From Myxococcales bacterium (GTDB lineage: Bacteria; Myxococcota_A; UBA9042; JABWCM01; BTVJ01): a stretch of 64,000 nt of DNA. This document shows positions 19,256 to 28,410 of the stretch, in pieces. Numbering within the stretch: the first letter of the stretch is position 1; each line of letters starts with the position of its first letter. The position numbers and the translations under genes are program-made. Where the stretch lies: contig BTVJ01000003.1 in the NCBI GenBank assembly GCA_045863395.1, positions 96,001 through 160,000 on the forward strand, written 5' to 3'. Under the pieces are notes generated by a model, which did not search any database, had not been told where the DNA came from, and saw nothing but the letters and a program-made list of their open reading frames with translations.

Positions 19256-19879
19256 ATGAGTGTGAGCCGACACCGCTGGTTGTCATGGGCCCTGCTGGTC
19301 CTGCTGTTCGAGGCGCCGGCGCACGCGGACGAGGGCCTGCACGCCCAGCTCCTCTTCGGCTTCGACTCCTTCGCCGTCCATGACCCACTCCCCATGCGGG
19401 GGGGCGCCCTCCACGTGGGGGCAGGGTCCTTCGGGCCGGCGGCGCCCCCGATGGAGCTGCACGTCGGGGCGAGCATCCTGCCGCGGTTCGGCCTCGATCT
19501 GGGGCTGGGGCTGCGGTGGGCCACCCTCCACGAGGACCCGGAGGTCGTGCGCCATGACGCGGACGTGTGGCTGGCTGCGCGCGTGTGGCCCTGGACGGCG
19601 GCAGCGCCCATCGCACCGTTCGTCGACCTGGGCGGCGGCGTCTCGTCCCGCTCGCTCACCCGAGAGCCGTGCGTGATCGCCTGCCCGGACCGTGGCGCCG
19701 AGCTCCCGCGAATCACGCGGGCGCTGCTCGTAGCGGGTGTTGGCGCCGAGTGGTACCCGGGCGCGAGCGGCGCGCACCTCGTGACGCGGCTGGACGCGCG
19801 GGCGGCGCTGCCGGCAGAGCGCGTGGGGACGGACGTGCGCGTGACGGGGACGGTGGGTGTCGGTTGGCGCTGGCGCTGA
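19256..19879 (+). CDS. Putative small outer-membrane beta-barrel protein
   Basis: Signal peptide (APAHA), alternating beta-strand pattern, C-terminal VGVGWRWR. Confidence 0.55.
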   Translation: MSVSRHRWLSWALLVLLFEAPAHADEGLHAQLLFGFDSFAVHDPLPMRGGALHVGAGSFGPAAPPMELHVGASILPRFGLDLGLGLRWATLHEDPEVVRHDADVWLAARVWPWTAAAPIAPFVDLGGGVSSRSLTREPCVIACPDRGAELPRITRALLVAGVGAEWYPGASGAHLVTRLDARAALPAERVGTDVRVTGTVGVGWRWR

Positions 19880-19881
19880 GC

Positions 19882-21102
19882 TCACTGCGGCGCCCCCAAC
19901 CTTGCTGCCATCAGCGCCTCGGCCTCCTCCCTGGTCGCGACCTCGCCGCGGAGCTGTGCATCCTCCAGCGCCTCCAGGGCGGGGCGGAACGAGGGGCCTG
20001 CCCGGTAGCCCAGCGCCATGAGGTCGTCGCCGGTCAGCAGCCGCGGGGGGCACAGCTCCTCTGCGGAGAAAGCGGCCAGCGCGGCTTCGCAGCGGCTCAC
20101 CGCGACCAGGTCGCCGTGGCCGTCCTCGGCGTCGGCCCGCCACAGGGCGAGCAGCGCACGCGCATGTTCGTGCCGAAGGAAGCGCTTGAGCTTCGCGGCG
20201 TCCGGCGACGGCATCTCGTCTGCGAGCGCGCGGCCGGCCACCAGCGCCCGTAGGCGGACCGTCTCCGCATTGGACAGCCGCAGGCGGCGGCCGGCGGCCT
20301 CAGCCTCGGCACCGGTGCCTCGATGCAGCAGGACGGCGAGGCCGAGCACGCCGTCCCCGGGCGGGAGCCGGTCCAGCACTCGCGCCTCGTGCTCCAGCGT
20401 GCCCCTCGCCTCGGGGAGCACGGCGTCGCGGAGCCCCAGTGACCGGAGCAGCCGGGCTCCGGCCGCGGCGCCCCCCTCGGACAGCGTGCGCAGCAGCTCC
20501 TCCCGGATGCGCTCGGCGCTGACGCTCCGCACCTCTGGCGCGAGGCGGGTGATCGCCTCGGCGGTCCCGGCCTCGATGTCGAAGCCCAGGCGCGCCGCGA
20601 AGCGCACAGCCCGCAACATGCGCAGGCGGTCCTCCGCGAAGCGCTCTTCGGGGCGGCCCACCGCGCGGATCACGCGGGCCGCCAGATCCTCCTGCCCGCC
20701 GACCCAGTCGATGACGGCCCCGCGCTCCGGGTCGTAGAGCAGCCCGTTGATCGTGAAGTCGCGGCGCAGCACGTCCTCGCGCGCCGTGGCGTGCTCCACC
20801 CGGTCGGGCCGTCGCCCGTCGCTGTAGCCGTGCTCGGTGCGGAAGGTCGCCACCTCGAAGGCGGCTCCGGCGTAGTGGACCTGCATGACCCCGAACGCTG
20901 CCCCGATGGGCACCGTGCGTGAGAATGTGGCGCGCACCTGCTCCGCCGTGGCGGACGTGGCGATGTCGTAGTCCTTGGGGGCCACCCCGAGCAGCATGTC
21001 GCGGACACATCCGCCAGCGAAGTAGGCTTCGTGGCCCGCTTGCGAGAGCCGCCGCGCGACCGCCGCCGCCTTGTCGTGGAGGGTCCTGTCCGTCTTGCTC
21101 AT
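19882..21102 (-). CDS. cca: CCA tRNA nucleotidyltransferase (class II)
   Basis: GGCVRD, KDYDIAT, EVATFR, EDVLRRDFTING, EDRLRMLRAVRF, SAERI; lacks the G[RK][RK]F poly(A)-polymerase signature. Confidence 0.85.
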   Translation of the reverse strand: MSKTDRTLHDKAAAVARRLSQAGHEAYFAGGCVRDMLLGVAPKDYDIATSATAEQVRATFSRTVPIGAAFGVMQVHYAGAAFEVATFRTEHGYSDGRRPDRVEHATAREDVLRRDFTINGLLYDPERGAVIDWVGGQEDLAARVIRAVGRPEERFAEDRLRMLRAVRFAARLGFDIEAGTAEAITRLAPEVRSVSAERIREELLRTLSEGGAAAGARLLRSLGLRDAVLPEARGTLEHEARVLDRLPPGDGVLGLAVLLHRGTGAEAEAAGRRLRLSNAETVRLRALVAGRALADEMPSPDAAKLKRFLRHEHARALLALWRADAEDGHGDLVAVSRCEAALAAFSAEELCPPRLLTGDDLMALGYRAGPSFRPALEALEDAQLRGEVATREEAEALMAARLGAPQ

Positions 21103-21104
21103 GC

Positions 21105-22520
21105 TCACCGCCCCAGGTGCTCGAGGGCCCACCGCTGGAACAGGGGCTCCGCCTTCATCTCTATCAGGCCGAGCAGCGAGCGCGCCACCTCGGGCCGGGT
21201 CGCTCGAAAGGTGGTCTCGGCATCCAGCCGGCGCAGGCCGCCCACGTCGCCGTCGAGCACCAGCTCCCGCAGGTGTCCGGCGAGGATCAGCGCGCGCTCC
21301 TCGTCGCTGCGGTCGGCGTCGAAGATCAGCGGCAGCGGTGGGGGCAGCGAGGCGTCGGCGGCCAGCGCGGGCAGCTTCCCCAGGGCGAGCAGCTCCTGGC
21401 GGTGGCGCCCCTGGAGGATCTCCAGGAGCTCCTGCCTCTGCCGGCCCGGGCGCGCCAGGGCCTCGACGACTGTCTTGGGGCGCGCCGGTGGCTGCTCGGG
21501 ACCCACGTCGGCGGGGCCCGCGTCCGGCGTGGCGGGCCCCGGCTCCTCGGGGTCGCTGCGCAGGACAGGGGGCGTGCCCGCGACGCTGGGGGGGGCATCG
21601 GAGCCCAGCGTCCACAGGCGCGCAACCACCGCGAGGAACAGGAGGGTCCCCGCGGCGGCGATGATCACGGAGCGCCGGTCGCGGCGACGCACGAGCTGCG
21701 CCACCACGGAGCGGTCCAGGACCGTCGGCTCTGGGGTGGGGAGCTCGAGGACCGCGAGGGGTCCTGCCTGCGCCACCCCCGGGGGGCCGAGCAGCGCGAC
21801 CACCGCCGTGGCGTCGTCCCGCGAGCCCCGCTCCCGGGCGAGGGCCACCAGCATGCGGGCTGCCAGGTCCGGGGCGTGGGCTGCTGCGAGCTGCCCGATC
21901 TCCGCGTCCTTCACGGTCGCGCCCACGCCGTCGCTGCAGAGCACCAGCCGGTCCCCGACGCGGAGCGGCAGGGGCGTCTCCTCCACCAGGGCGAAGAGCT
22001 TGCCTCGCTGGCCGAGGAACCCGCTGAGCACGCGCCCATCCGGGTGTCCCTGGGAGCGGGACCACTCGATCTCGCCAGCGTCCAGGCGCTGCTGGAGCAG
22101 CGTGTGATCACGCGAGAGCCGCACGATCCCTCCGCTCTCCATCACCCGGTAGATCCGCACGTCGCCGGTGTTCGCCATCCAGAGGCGAGTGCCGTCGATC
22201 AGCGCGACCGCGCAGGCGGCGCCGAGGCGGCGGGTGCCGTCCTTGGCCGACAGGTGCTGGATGTTGACGTGAGCTGCCTCCAGGGCCTCATGCAGGGTGT
22301 GGGCGGTCGGCGCGCCCTCCCCCAGCACGCTGCTGACGGTGTTGACGGCGATGCGCGCCGCCATGCCTCCTCGGTCACGCCCCCCCATGCCATCTGCGAG
22401 GACCAGCGCCACGCCGGCGCCCACCGCCCCCGCCGCGGCGCAGTCTTCGTTCTCCACATGCGACGGGCCCCGGTCCGTCCAGTGTCCGATGGTGACCGAG
22501 GGAGGGTCAGGGTGTGTCAT
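21105..22520 (-). CDS. PP2C-family Ser/Thr protein phosphatase with TM helix and C-terminal extracytoplasmic region
   Basis: ENED, VLADGMGG, ANTGDVRIY, LCSDG, GSRDDAT; TM VIIAAAGTLLFLAVVA. Confidence 0.88.
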   Translation of the reverse strand: MTHPDPPSVTIGHWTDRGPSHVENEDCAAAGAVGAGVALVLADGMGGRDRGGMAARIAVNTVSSVLGEGAPTAHTLHEALEAAHVNIQHLSAKDGTRRLGAACAVALIDGTRLWMANTGDVRIYRVMESGGIVRLSRDHTLLQQRLDAGEIEWSRSQGHPDGRVLSGFLGQRGKLFALVEETPLPLRVGDRLVLCSDGVGATVKDAEIGQLAAAHAPDLAARMLVALARERGSRDDATAVVALLGPPGVAQAGPLAVLELPTPEPTVLDRSVVAQLVRRRDRRSVIIAAAGTLLFLAVVARLWTLGSDAPPSVAGTPPVLRSDPEEPGPATPDAGPADVGPEQPPARPKTVVEALARPGRQRQELLEILQGRHRQELLALGKLPALAADASLPPPLPLIFDADRSDEERALILAGHLRELVLDGDVGGLRRLDAETTFRATRPEVARSLLGLIEMKAEPLFQRWALEHLGR

Positions 22521-22527
22521 GGCCGGG

Positions 22528-25500
22528 TCAGCTTACCGTCCTGGTCAGCACACGGTAGAGGTTGGTCGTGAGCTCGTCTTGGGTGCGCACGAGCTGCTCG
22601 CCGTGCTCCAGGATTCCCCGGGTCTCCCGCACGTGGGAGCGCACGTCCTTGAGCACCGACGCGATCTTGGCCAGCGCCGGGCGGAGCGCAGCGTCCTGGG
22701 CCATGTCGCGCAGCAGCGCCTCCAGCTTCTGCCAGTCGGAGAAGAGCTGGGCCAGGCCCTCCCGCCCCTGGACGATCTCCCGGCGGCCCGTCTCCAGGCG
22801 ATCTCTGCTCTGCTCCAGCTCGAGCAGACACATGCGGATGCTCTCGCTCGCTCCCCGCAGCTCCTTCCTCAATCGGGCGGTGGTCTCCTCCTGCTCCGCG
22901 CTCGGCGCGCCCGGCGGCGGCGGCGGGGCCAGCGCTGCCGCCTTGCTGAGGTCCCGCAGAGCGCCCTCCAGCTCCTTGGCCCGGTTGCGCGACTCGTCCA
23001 GCGACAGGCGCAGGGTTCGAACCTGCATGTTCAGCGAGTTGCGCTCCCGCGTGATCTCCTCGAGGGCTGCCGTTGCGCGCTCCAACTCTTCGGCCGTCGC
23101 GGCGTCCACGGCGGCGGCGACGAGCACCGGCTCGCTGACCGTGTGCTCACCGGCGGTCTCGCGGATCGGGATCTCCTCGGCCAGGGACCGGGCGTCTCGC
23201 AGCTCGGACTCGAGGAGCGCCACCTGCTGCTCCAGCCGAGCGGCGTGCCCGCGCATCGTGGCGAGCTGGGCTTGGGCCAGACTGTCCGCGTCGGCGTGTT
23301 GGCGCTGCTCCGCTGCCCGCGCCTGGTCGGCGCTCGCCCGCGCCGCATCCTCCCGGGCCGCGGCCTCCCTGGCCTCCCTGGCCTCGCTGACCGCCGCGTC
23401 GTGCTCCTCGCGCAGCGCCTTGAGCGCCGACCGCGCAGCGTCGAGGGCTGCGTCCTGCTCCGCGATGCGCGCGTCCCCCGCGGCGCGCTCGTGCTCCGCC
23501 TGGGCGCGCAGGTCCTCCAGCTCCCGGGAAGCGGCCGCGAGAGCCCCCCGGGCCGTCTCGGCCTCCCGCGCCGCTGCGCCGAGAGCGTCCCGTGCCTCCT
23601 GGGCCTCCCGGGTCGCGAGCGCATGCCCCTCGCGCGCCTCGTCGATGGCCATCTGGAGCGCGTCGAGGGCTGCCTGCGCCTGCTCCTGACCCTGGCGCTC
23701 GACGCGGAGCGCCTCCTGCAGGGCGGCCACGGCCTCGTTCGCCTGCGCGGCCTCGCGGGTCGCCTCGGCCACCCTCGCCCGCAGGGCGTCCGCCTCCGCT
23801 GCTGCCTGTGCCTTGGCGGCCTCCAGCTCCCCCCCCCGGGCCCTCAGCTCGTCCTCGAGCAGCCCGACCTGGCTCTCCAGCGCCACGGTCCGCGCCAGGA
23901 GGCGCTCGCGGTCGGTCCCCAGCTCGGCGCCTCGTGTCCGCAGGTCCGCGGCCTCTCGCTCGAGCTCGACGCTCTTCGCGTGCGCCGCGAGGGCTTCCCT
24001 CCGAGCATCGTCGAGCGCAGCGACCAGCGCCGCGGCCCTCTGCTCGCTCGCCTCGAGCTCCGCTCGGAGCTGCTCCCCCTCCCGCGTCGCCTCCACCAGC
24101 GCGTCCCGGACCTCCTCCGCCGCCTCGACGGCCGCCGTGAGCTCCCGCTCCCGGGCCATCAGGGCGCCGATGGTCTGGTCCCGCTCCGCGAGGCGAGCTA
24201 CCGTTGCGCGGAGCTCCTCGCGCGCCTGCTCCGCCTCGTCCATGGCGTTGCCGAGGAGCTCTTCGAGCCCCGCGATCTGCTGGGTGAGCCTCAGGTGCTC
24301 GGCGGCCAGCTCCTGGGCCTTGGCGAGGGACTCCGTGAGCTGCGCCTTCTGGCGTGCCTGGTCGGCCTTGGCCTGCTCCGACGAGGCCTCGGCTCTCTTG
24401 GCTGCCGCCTCCGCCGCGGACCGCGCCGCGTCGCGCTCGTCCGCGGCGGCTCGCGCGCGGTCCTCTGCGCGCTGCACCGCCGCGAGCGCCTCGGCCAGCG
24501 CCGACTCGGTGGTGTCCAGCAGCTCGGCGCGTGCCTGCAGCGCCGCCACCTGGGCGTGCAGGTCGGCCTCGGCGTCCTTGCGTGCGCGGAGCTCGCGCTC
24601 CAGGTCTGACACCCGGGCTTCGCGAGTCCCGACGAGCGCGATGAGCCTCGCCTCCTCCTCCCGCAGCGCCCCGAGGGACTGTCTCGCCTCCGCGGCCTGG
24701 GCCTGCGCGCTCTGTGCAGCCCCATGCCAGCTCTGGGCGTCGCGCCTGGCCTCGTCGAGGGCGGCGTGTGCGGCCTCCAGCTCCTCCGCGGCCGTGTTCC
24801 GCTCGGCGACGACCACCTCCAGCGCCGCTCGCGCCGCGTCGAGCTCCGCCTGGAGGCTGGCCTCTTGCGCCGACTCCTGGTCCGCGCGTGCCGCCTCCGC
24901 TTCGCTCGCCAGCGCGGCGAAGCGCTCTGCCTCGGCTGTCGCCGCCTGCTCCGCGGCGTGGGCGCGCGCCTCGAGCGTCTCCCGCTCCCGCTCCGCGTCC
25001 TCCATGTGCTGCTCGAGGACGGACTGGTACTCGTCGCGGACCGCCTCGATTCGCCCGACCGCGTCCTCCTGAGCCTGCTTCAGCTCGTCCCGCATGCCGG
25101 AGATGCGGTCGTTGACGACCTTGACTTCGGCCTCCAGGAGGGAGCGCTCCATGATGGCGCCGCGAAGGAGCTGCTCCAGCGTCCGCGCCGTCCGCTCGCG
25201 TTCGACGATCTCCTCGCCGAGCCGCTCCATGACGGCCTCTTTCTCGATGTGCGCGGCCTCGGCGGCGTCGAAGGCACGCTGGCGCTCCTCGCCGAGCCGT
25301 CGCGCCTCTCGCCGAGCCTCCGTCAGCTCCGCCTGGAGGCGCTCGATCTTCTGCTTGTAGAGTGACTGGCTGCGGTCCAGCTCTCGCAAGAAGGCGCCGA
25401 TGGCGTTGGTGCCGTCCGGAGTCTCCCCGTCCGCGGCTGCTGGGGGCTCCGCGTCGGCTCCGGTCACGTCCTCGTCGGGTTCCGCCTCCGGGGTCAGCTC

Positions 25501-25923
25501 GATGTCCGTGTCGTCCAGCTCAACGGTCTCGAGGGGGGGCGGCCCCGCGAGGGCTTGGCCCGCCCCTGGCATCAGGCGGGCAAGCGCGGGCGCAAGCGTC
25601 TGAAGTTTCAATGGCTTGGCGATGAAGTAGTCCGCGCGGGCTGCGCCATCGGTGCCGAGACGGGTCGAGCCGGACCGCTCGAGGAGCACGAGGGGCACCG
25701 TCGAGAGCTGCGCGTCCTGCTTGAGCGCCTCACAGACGTGGTCCACTTGAGGCGTGTCCGCAGACAGGAAGATGACGTCGGGCCTGCGCCACCTGGCTGC
25801 CTCGACGACGTCCGCGCCCCGCGCCGACTGCACGAGCTCGTAGCGGCGCCCGTCGAGGAGCTGGGAGAGCAGGTTGTAGGTGCGGTGGTCCTCGTCGGCC
25901 ACCAGGATCAGGCCTCTCTCCAT
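22528..25923 (-). CDS. Atypical receiver domain plus very long coiled-coil protein (FrzS/AglZ-like architecture)
   Basis: N-terminal LILVADED...PDVIFLS...FIAKP receiver; ~900 aa Ala/Glu/Arg/Leu heptads. Confidence 0.8.
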   Translation of the reverse strand: MERGLILVADEDHRTYNLLSQLLDGRRYELVQSARGADVVEAARWRRPDVIFLSADTPQVDHVCEALKQDAQLSTVPLVLLERSGSTRLGTDGAARADYFIAKPLKLQTLAPALARLMPGAGQALAGPPPLETVELDDTDIELTPEAEPDEDVTGADAEPPAAADGETPDGTNAIGAFLRELDRSQSLYKQKIERLQAELTEARREARRLGEERQRAFDAAEAAHIEKEAVMERLGEEIVERERTARTLEQLLRGAIMERSLLEAEVKVVNDRISGMRDELKQAQEDAVGRIEAVRDEYQSVLEQHMEDAERERETLEARAHAAEQAATAEAERFAALASEAEAARADQESAQEASLQAELDAARAALEVVVAERNTAAEELEAAHAALDEARRDAQSWHGAAQSAQAQAAEARQSLGALREEEARLIALVGTREARVSDLERELRARKDAEADLHAQVAALQARAELLDTTESALAEALAAVQRAEDRARAAADERDAARSAAEAAAKRAEASSEQAKADQARQKAQLTESLAKAQELAAEHLRLTQQIAGLEELLGNAMDEAEQAREELRATVARLAERDQTIGALMARERELTAAVEAAEEVRDALVEATREGEQLRAELEASEQRAAALVAALDDARREALAAHAKSVELEREAADLRTRGAELGTDRERLLARTVALESQVGLLEDELRARGGELEAAKAQAAAEADALRARVAEATREAAQANEAVAALQEALRVERQGQEQAQAALDALQMAIDEAREGHALATREAQEARDALGAAAREAETARGALAAASRELEDLRAQAEHERAAGDARIAEQDAALDAARSALKALREEHDAAVSEAREAREAAAREDAARASADQARAAEQRQHADADSLAQAQLATMRGHAARLEQQVALLESELRDARSLAEEIPIRETAGEHTVSEPVLVAAAVDAATAEELERATAALEEITRERNSLNMQVRTLRLSLDESRNRAKELEGALRDLSKAAALAPPPPPGAPSAEQEETTARLRKELRGASESIRMCLLELEQSRDRLETGRREIVQGREGLAQLFSDWQKLEALLRDMAQDAALRPALAKIASVLKDVRSHVRETRGILEHGEQLVRTQDELTTNLYRVLTRTVS

Positions 25924-25969
25924 GCTGGCCGCATCCCGTCCAGGTTCAGAAACCGCGGAAATCTGGCCG

Positions 25970-25999
25970 ATCCTAGTGCCGCGCCACGCAGGCTGTCAA
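25970..25999 (-). promoter_or_regulatory. Putative sigma70 promoter of coiled-coil/PP2C/cca unit
   Basis: TTGACA-18 bp-TAGGAT. Confidence 0.55.
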
Positions 26000-26016
26000 C
26001 CAAACGACAGGACCCG

Positions 26017-27393
26017 TCACTCCTCGATGTGCAGCGCGACACCGAAGTGGTCGCTCAGGTTCGTCTCCGTGGGCGTGCCACCGACGTCGATGGTGACGGG
26101 CTGATCCATGACGCGCGTGGCCGACGTGGTCGGCGTCCAGCCGGTGATCATGACATGATCGATGATCCGGCTCGTCGAGGCGTCGTCGACCAGGTCGTTG
26201 GATGCGCACCAGGTGCAGGCGGGGGGCTCGTTCGCCACGTACGGGGACGTGAAGCCGGCGGCGAGGAGCTTGTCGTAGACGGTGGGGCTCTCTGCGTCGA
26301 TGCTCGGCGGGATTGCGGGCCCCGCGTTCATGTCTCCGAGCAGCAGCGTGGGGCCGCCGCTTGCCTTGGTCGAGATCCACGCGGCCATCTGATCCACCTG
26401 GTGCTCCTGCTCGCCGGCCCAGGTGGTGTACTCCCCCTGATACGGCACGTCGTCCAGGTCGGCGGTGAGGTGGGTGCAGAACGCGTGCACGTCGCCGGAC
26501 GGCCCCGGGACGCGGGCGTGGAGGACCGCGCGGCGCACGAGGTAGGAGTCCATCACCGTGTGGTCCGTATCGGCCAGAGGGACGCGGGACAGGACGAGCA
26601 GGCCGTTTCGCCCCTCGAACGTGTACTTGGCCGACCCCTCGGCGCAGGCCTGGAAGATGGCGTCCACGTCGTTCTTGCCGATGTTCGCCGCCATGCACTG
26701 CTGGCACCCGGGGGAGGTGGCCCCGAACTCCGCGCCGCAGTTCCCGAGCGCGCATCCGGCCAGGTCGTTGGTGCCCGTGCAGTGGAGCTCCACGCACTCC
26801 TTGAGGGGAGCCGCCTCATCCGCGGAGCACGCCGGCTCCTCCGTGTCGTCCGTGCCGCCGTCGGTGATGACGTGGTACTCGTGCGGGAACGCGGTCTTGG
26901 CGCCGTCGATGATCGCGGCGATGTCGCCGGGCTCCCAGACCTCCTGGAGGCAGACCAGGTCGGCGTCCAGGGTGGCCACGGCGTCGACGATTGCGTCCAG
27001 GCGCTCGGCGGCGAGCTTCACGTACCCGTGGGCCAGGCCGGTGTTGAACGTGGCGACCCGCAGGGTGGACGTTCCGCCCGCGTCGCCTGACGCGTCAGTG
27101 GAGCCGCCGGTGTCCGAGGCGCCGCTGTCGGTGCCGCCGGCGTCCGTCCCCCCGGTGTCTGCGGTGCCGCTGTCGGCGCCGCCGGTGTCCCCGCCGCCGG
27201 TGTCCCCGCCGCCGGTGTCCCCGCCGCCGGTGTCCCCCCCATTGGCGTCGGCGGGGCCCGTGTCGGTGCCGCCGCCCGCGTCTCCCGCGGCGTCGACTCC
27301 CGGGGTCCCTCCGCTGGAGTCCGAGTCACACGCAGCGCCACCGACGGCCGTCGCCGTCAGTATCGCCGCCAGCCAGCGCGTCGACTTCTTCAT
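26017..27393 (-). CDS. Endonuclease/exonuclease/phosphatase (EEP) family lipoprotein with Cys-rich insert
   Basis: Lipobox GAAC; LRVATFN, LVCLQEV, CTHL, LLGDMN, IDHV, SDHFGV. Confidence 0.88.
   Translation of the reverse strand: MKKSTRWLAAILTATAVGGAACDSDSSGGTPGVDAAGDAGGGTDTGPADANGGDTGGGDTGGGDTGGGDTGGADSGTADTGGTDAGGTDSGASDTGGSTDASGDAGGTSTLRVATFNTGLAHGYVKLAAERLDAIVDAVATLDADLVCLQEVWEPGDIAAIIDGAKTAFPHEYHVITDGGTDDTEEPACSADEAAPLKECVELHCTGTNDLAGCALGNCGAEFGATSPGCQQCMAANIGKNDVDAIFQACAEGSAKYTFEGRNGLLVLSRVPLADTDHTVMDSYLVRRAVLHARVPGPSGDVHAFCTHLTADLDDVPYQGEYTTWAGEQEHQVDQMAAWISTKASGGPTLLLGDMNAGPAIPPSIDAESPTVYDKLLAAGFTSPYVANEPPACTWCASNDLVDDASTSRIIDHVMITGWTPTTSATRVMDQPVTIDVGGTPTETNLSDHFGVALHIEE
27181..27240. 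repeat. 15-bp tandem repeat x4 (GGDTG linker), with degenerate copies to ~27100
   Basis: GCCGGTGTCCCCGCC repeated. Confidence 0.85.
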
Positions 27394-28310
27394 GGGGGGT
27401 GCCTCCTGTGGTGGGTCTGGGCGCCAGCATTCACCGTGGCGCCCGAGCTGTCAACTGCGGCCAGGGCACGACCGTTGACCAGCGGCCGGGCGACTCCCGT
27501 CGCCCGAAGCAGATCGATGGCACGGCGCGCCTCGTCGCGGGAGGTCCGCCTGTCGAGTCCCGGGATGCGCCGCGCCTCGGCGTAAGGCCAGTACGCGGTC
27601 ATCAGGTTCACCGTCGCGTCGGGCAGGTGTCGCGCCAGCCACTCCAGCGCCGGGCGGGTGCAGCACTCCAGGTGGCCTGGCATCACCAGGTGCCGCGCGA
27701 GGACCTCGCCGCTCCCAGCAGCGCGGCTCAGCATGGCGTGCAACGTGTCACCGTAGGCGCGTGCGCCGGACAGCTCCCGGGCGCAGGCGTCGTTGCCGAA
27801 CTTCAGGTCGGCGAGCCACACGTCCACCACGCCGTCGAGCAGGTCGAGGGTCTCGTCCGTGTCGTAGAGGTTGGTGTTCCAGACGACGCGGGTGTCCGCG
27901 GGGCAGAGCGAGAGCGTGCGCAAGATGGCGAGGAGGTTGACGTCGGGGAGCCCGCCGACGAAGTTCACGTTGCGCGCGCCCTCTGACCGCCTCCGAGCGA
28001 TCGTCGCCGCCAGCGCCGGGGGGTCCACCCTCACGCCAAGGGTCGTGTCGCGGACCTGCGCGTCGTCCGTGCAGAACACGCAGCGGAAGTTGCAGCCCGT
28101 CAGGAAGATGGTGTGTGAAGGGGTGAGGACCTCCTCCTCGCCGTAGTGGACGTACTCTTTGTAAAGGAAGGCGTCGGGGCCCAGGTCGCAGACGCCGCCC
28201 CGGCGGACCCGGCGATCCACCCCGCAGCGCCGGGCGCAGAGCGTGCAGTGGGCATAGGCCCGCTCGGTGGCTTCCACGCGGCGCTCCAGCTCTGCCCTGT
28301 CGACTCGCAT
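27390..28310 (-). CDS. Radical SAM protein, PflX-like
   Basis: CTLCARRCGVDR, HYGEE, IFLTGCNFRCVFC, LADLKFGND, RHLVMPGHLECCT. Confidence 0.85.
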   Translation of the reverse strand: MRVDRAELERRVEATERAYAHCTLCARRCGVDRRVRRGGVCDLGPDAFLYKEYVHYGEEEVLTPSHTIFLTGCNFRCVFCTDDAQVRDTTLGVRVDPPALAATIARRRSEGARNVNFVGGLPDVNLLAILRTLSLCPADTRVVWNTNLYDTDETLDLLDGVVDVWLADLKFGNDACARELSGARAYGDTLHAMLSRAAGSGEVLARHLVMPGHLECCTRPALEWLARHLPDATVNLMTAYWPYAEARRIPGLDRRTSRDEARRAIDLLRATGVARPLVNGRALAAVDSSGATVNAGAQTHHRRHPP

Positions 28311-28352
28311 GGCCGGACAGGCTATCCACTCGCAGCAGGGGCCGCCAGTGGC

Positions 28353-28382
28353 TTGACGCCCCACCGCGCCGCCGCATAGGCT
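28353..28382 (+). promoter_or_regulatory. Putative sigma70 promoter of cysS-def-fmt unit
   Basis: TTGACG-18 bp-TAGGCT. Confidence 0.5.
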
Positions 28383-28410
28383 ACGGGGCCCCTACAGGAG
28401 GAGACGGACC

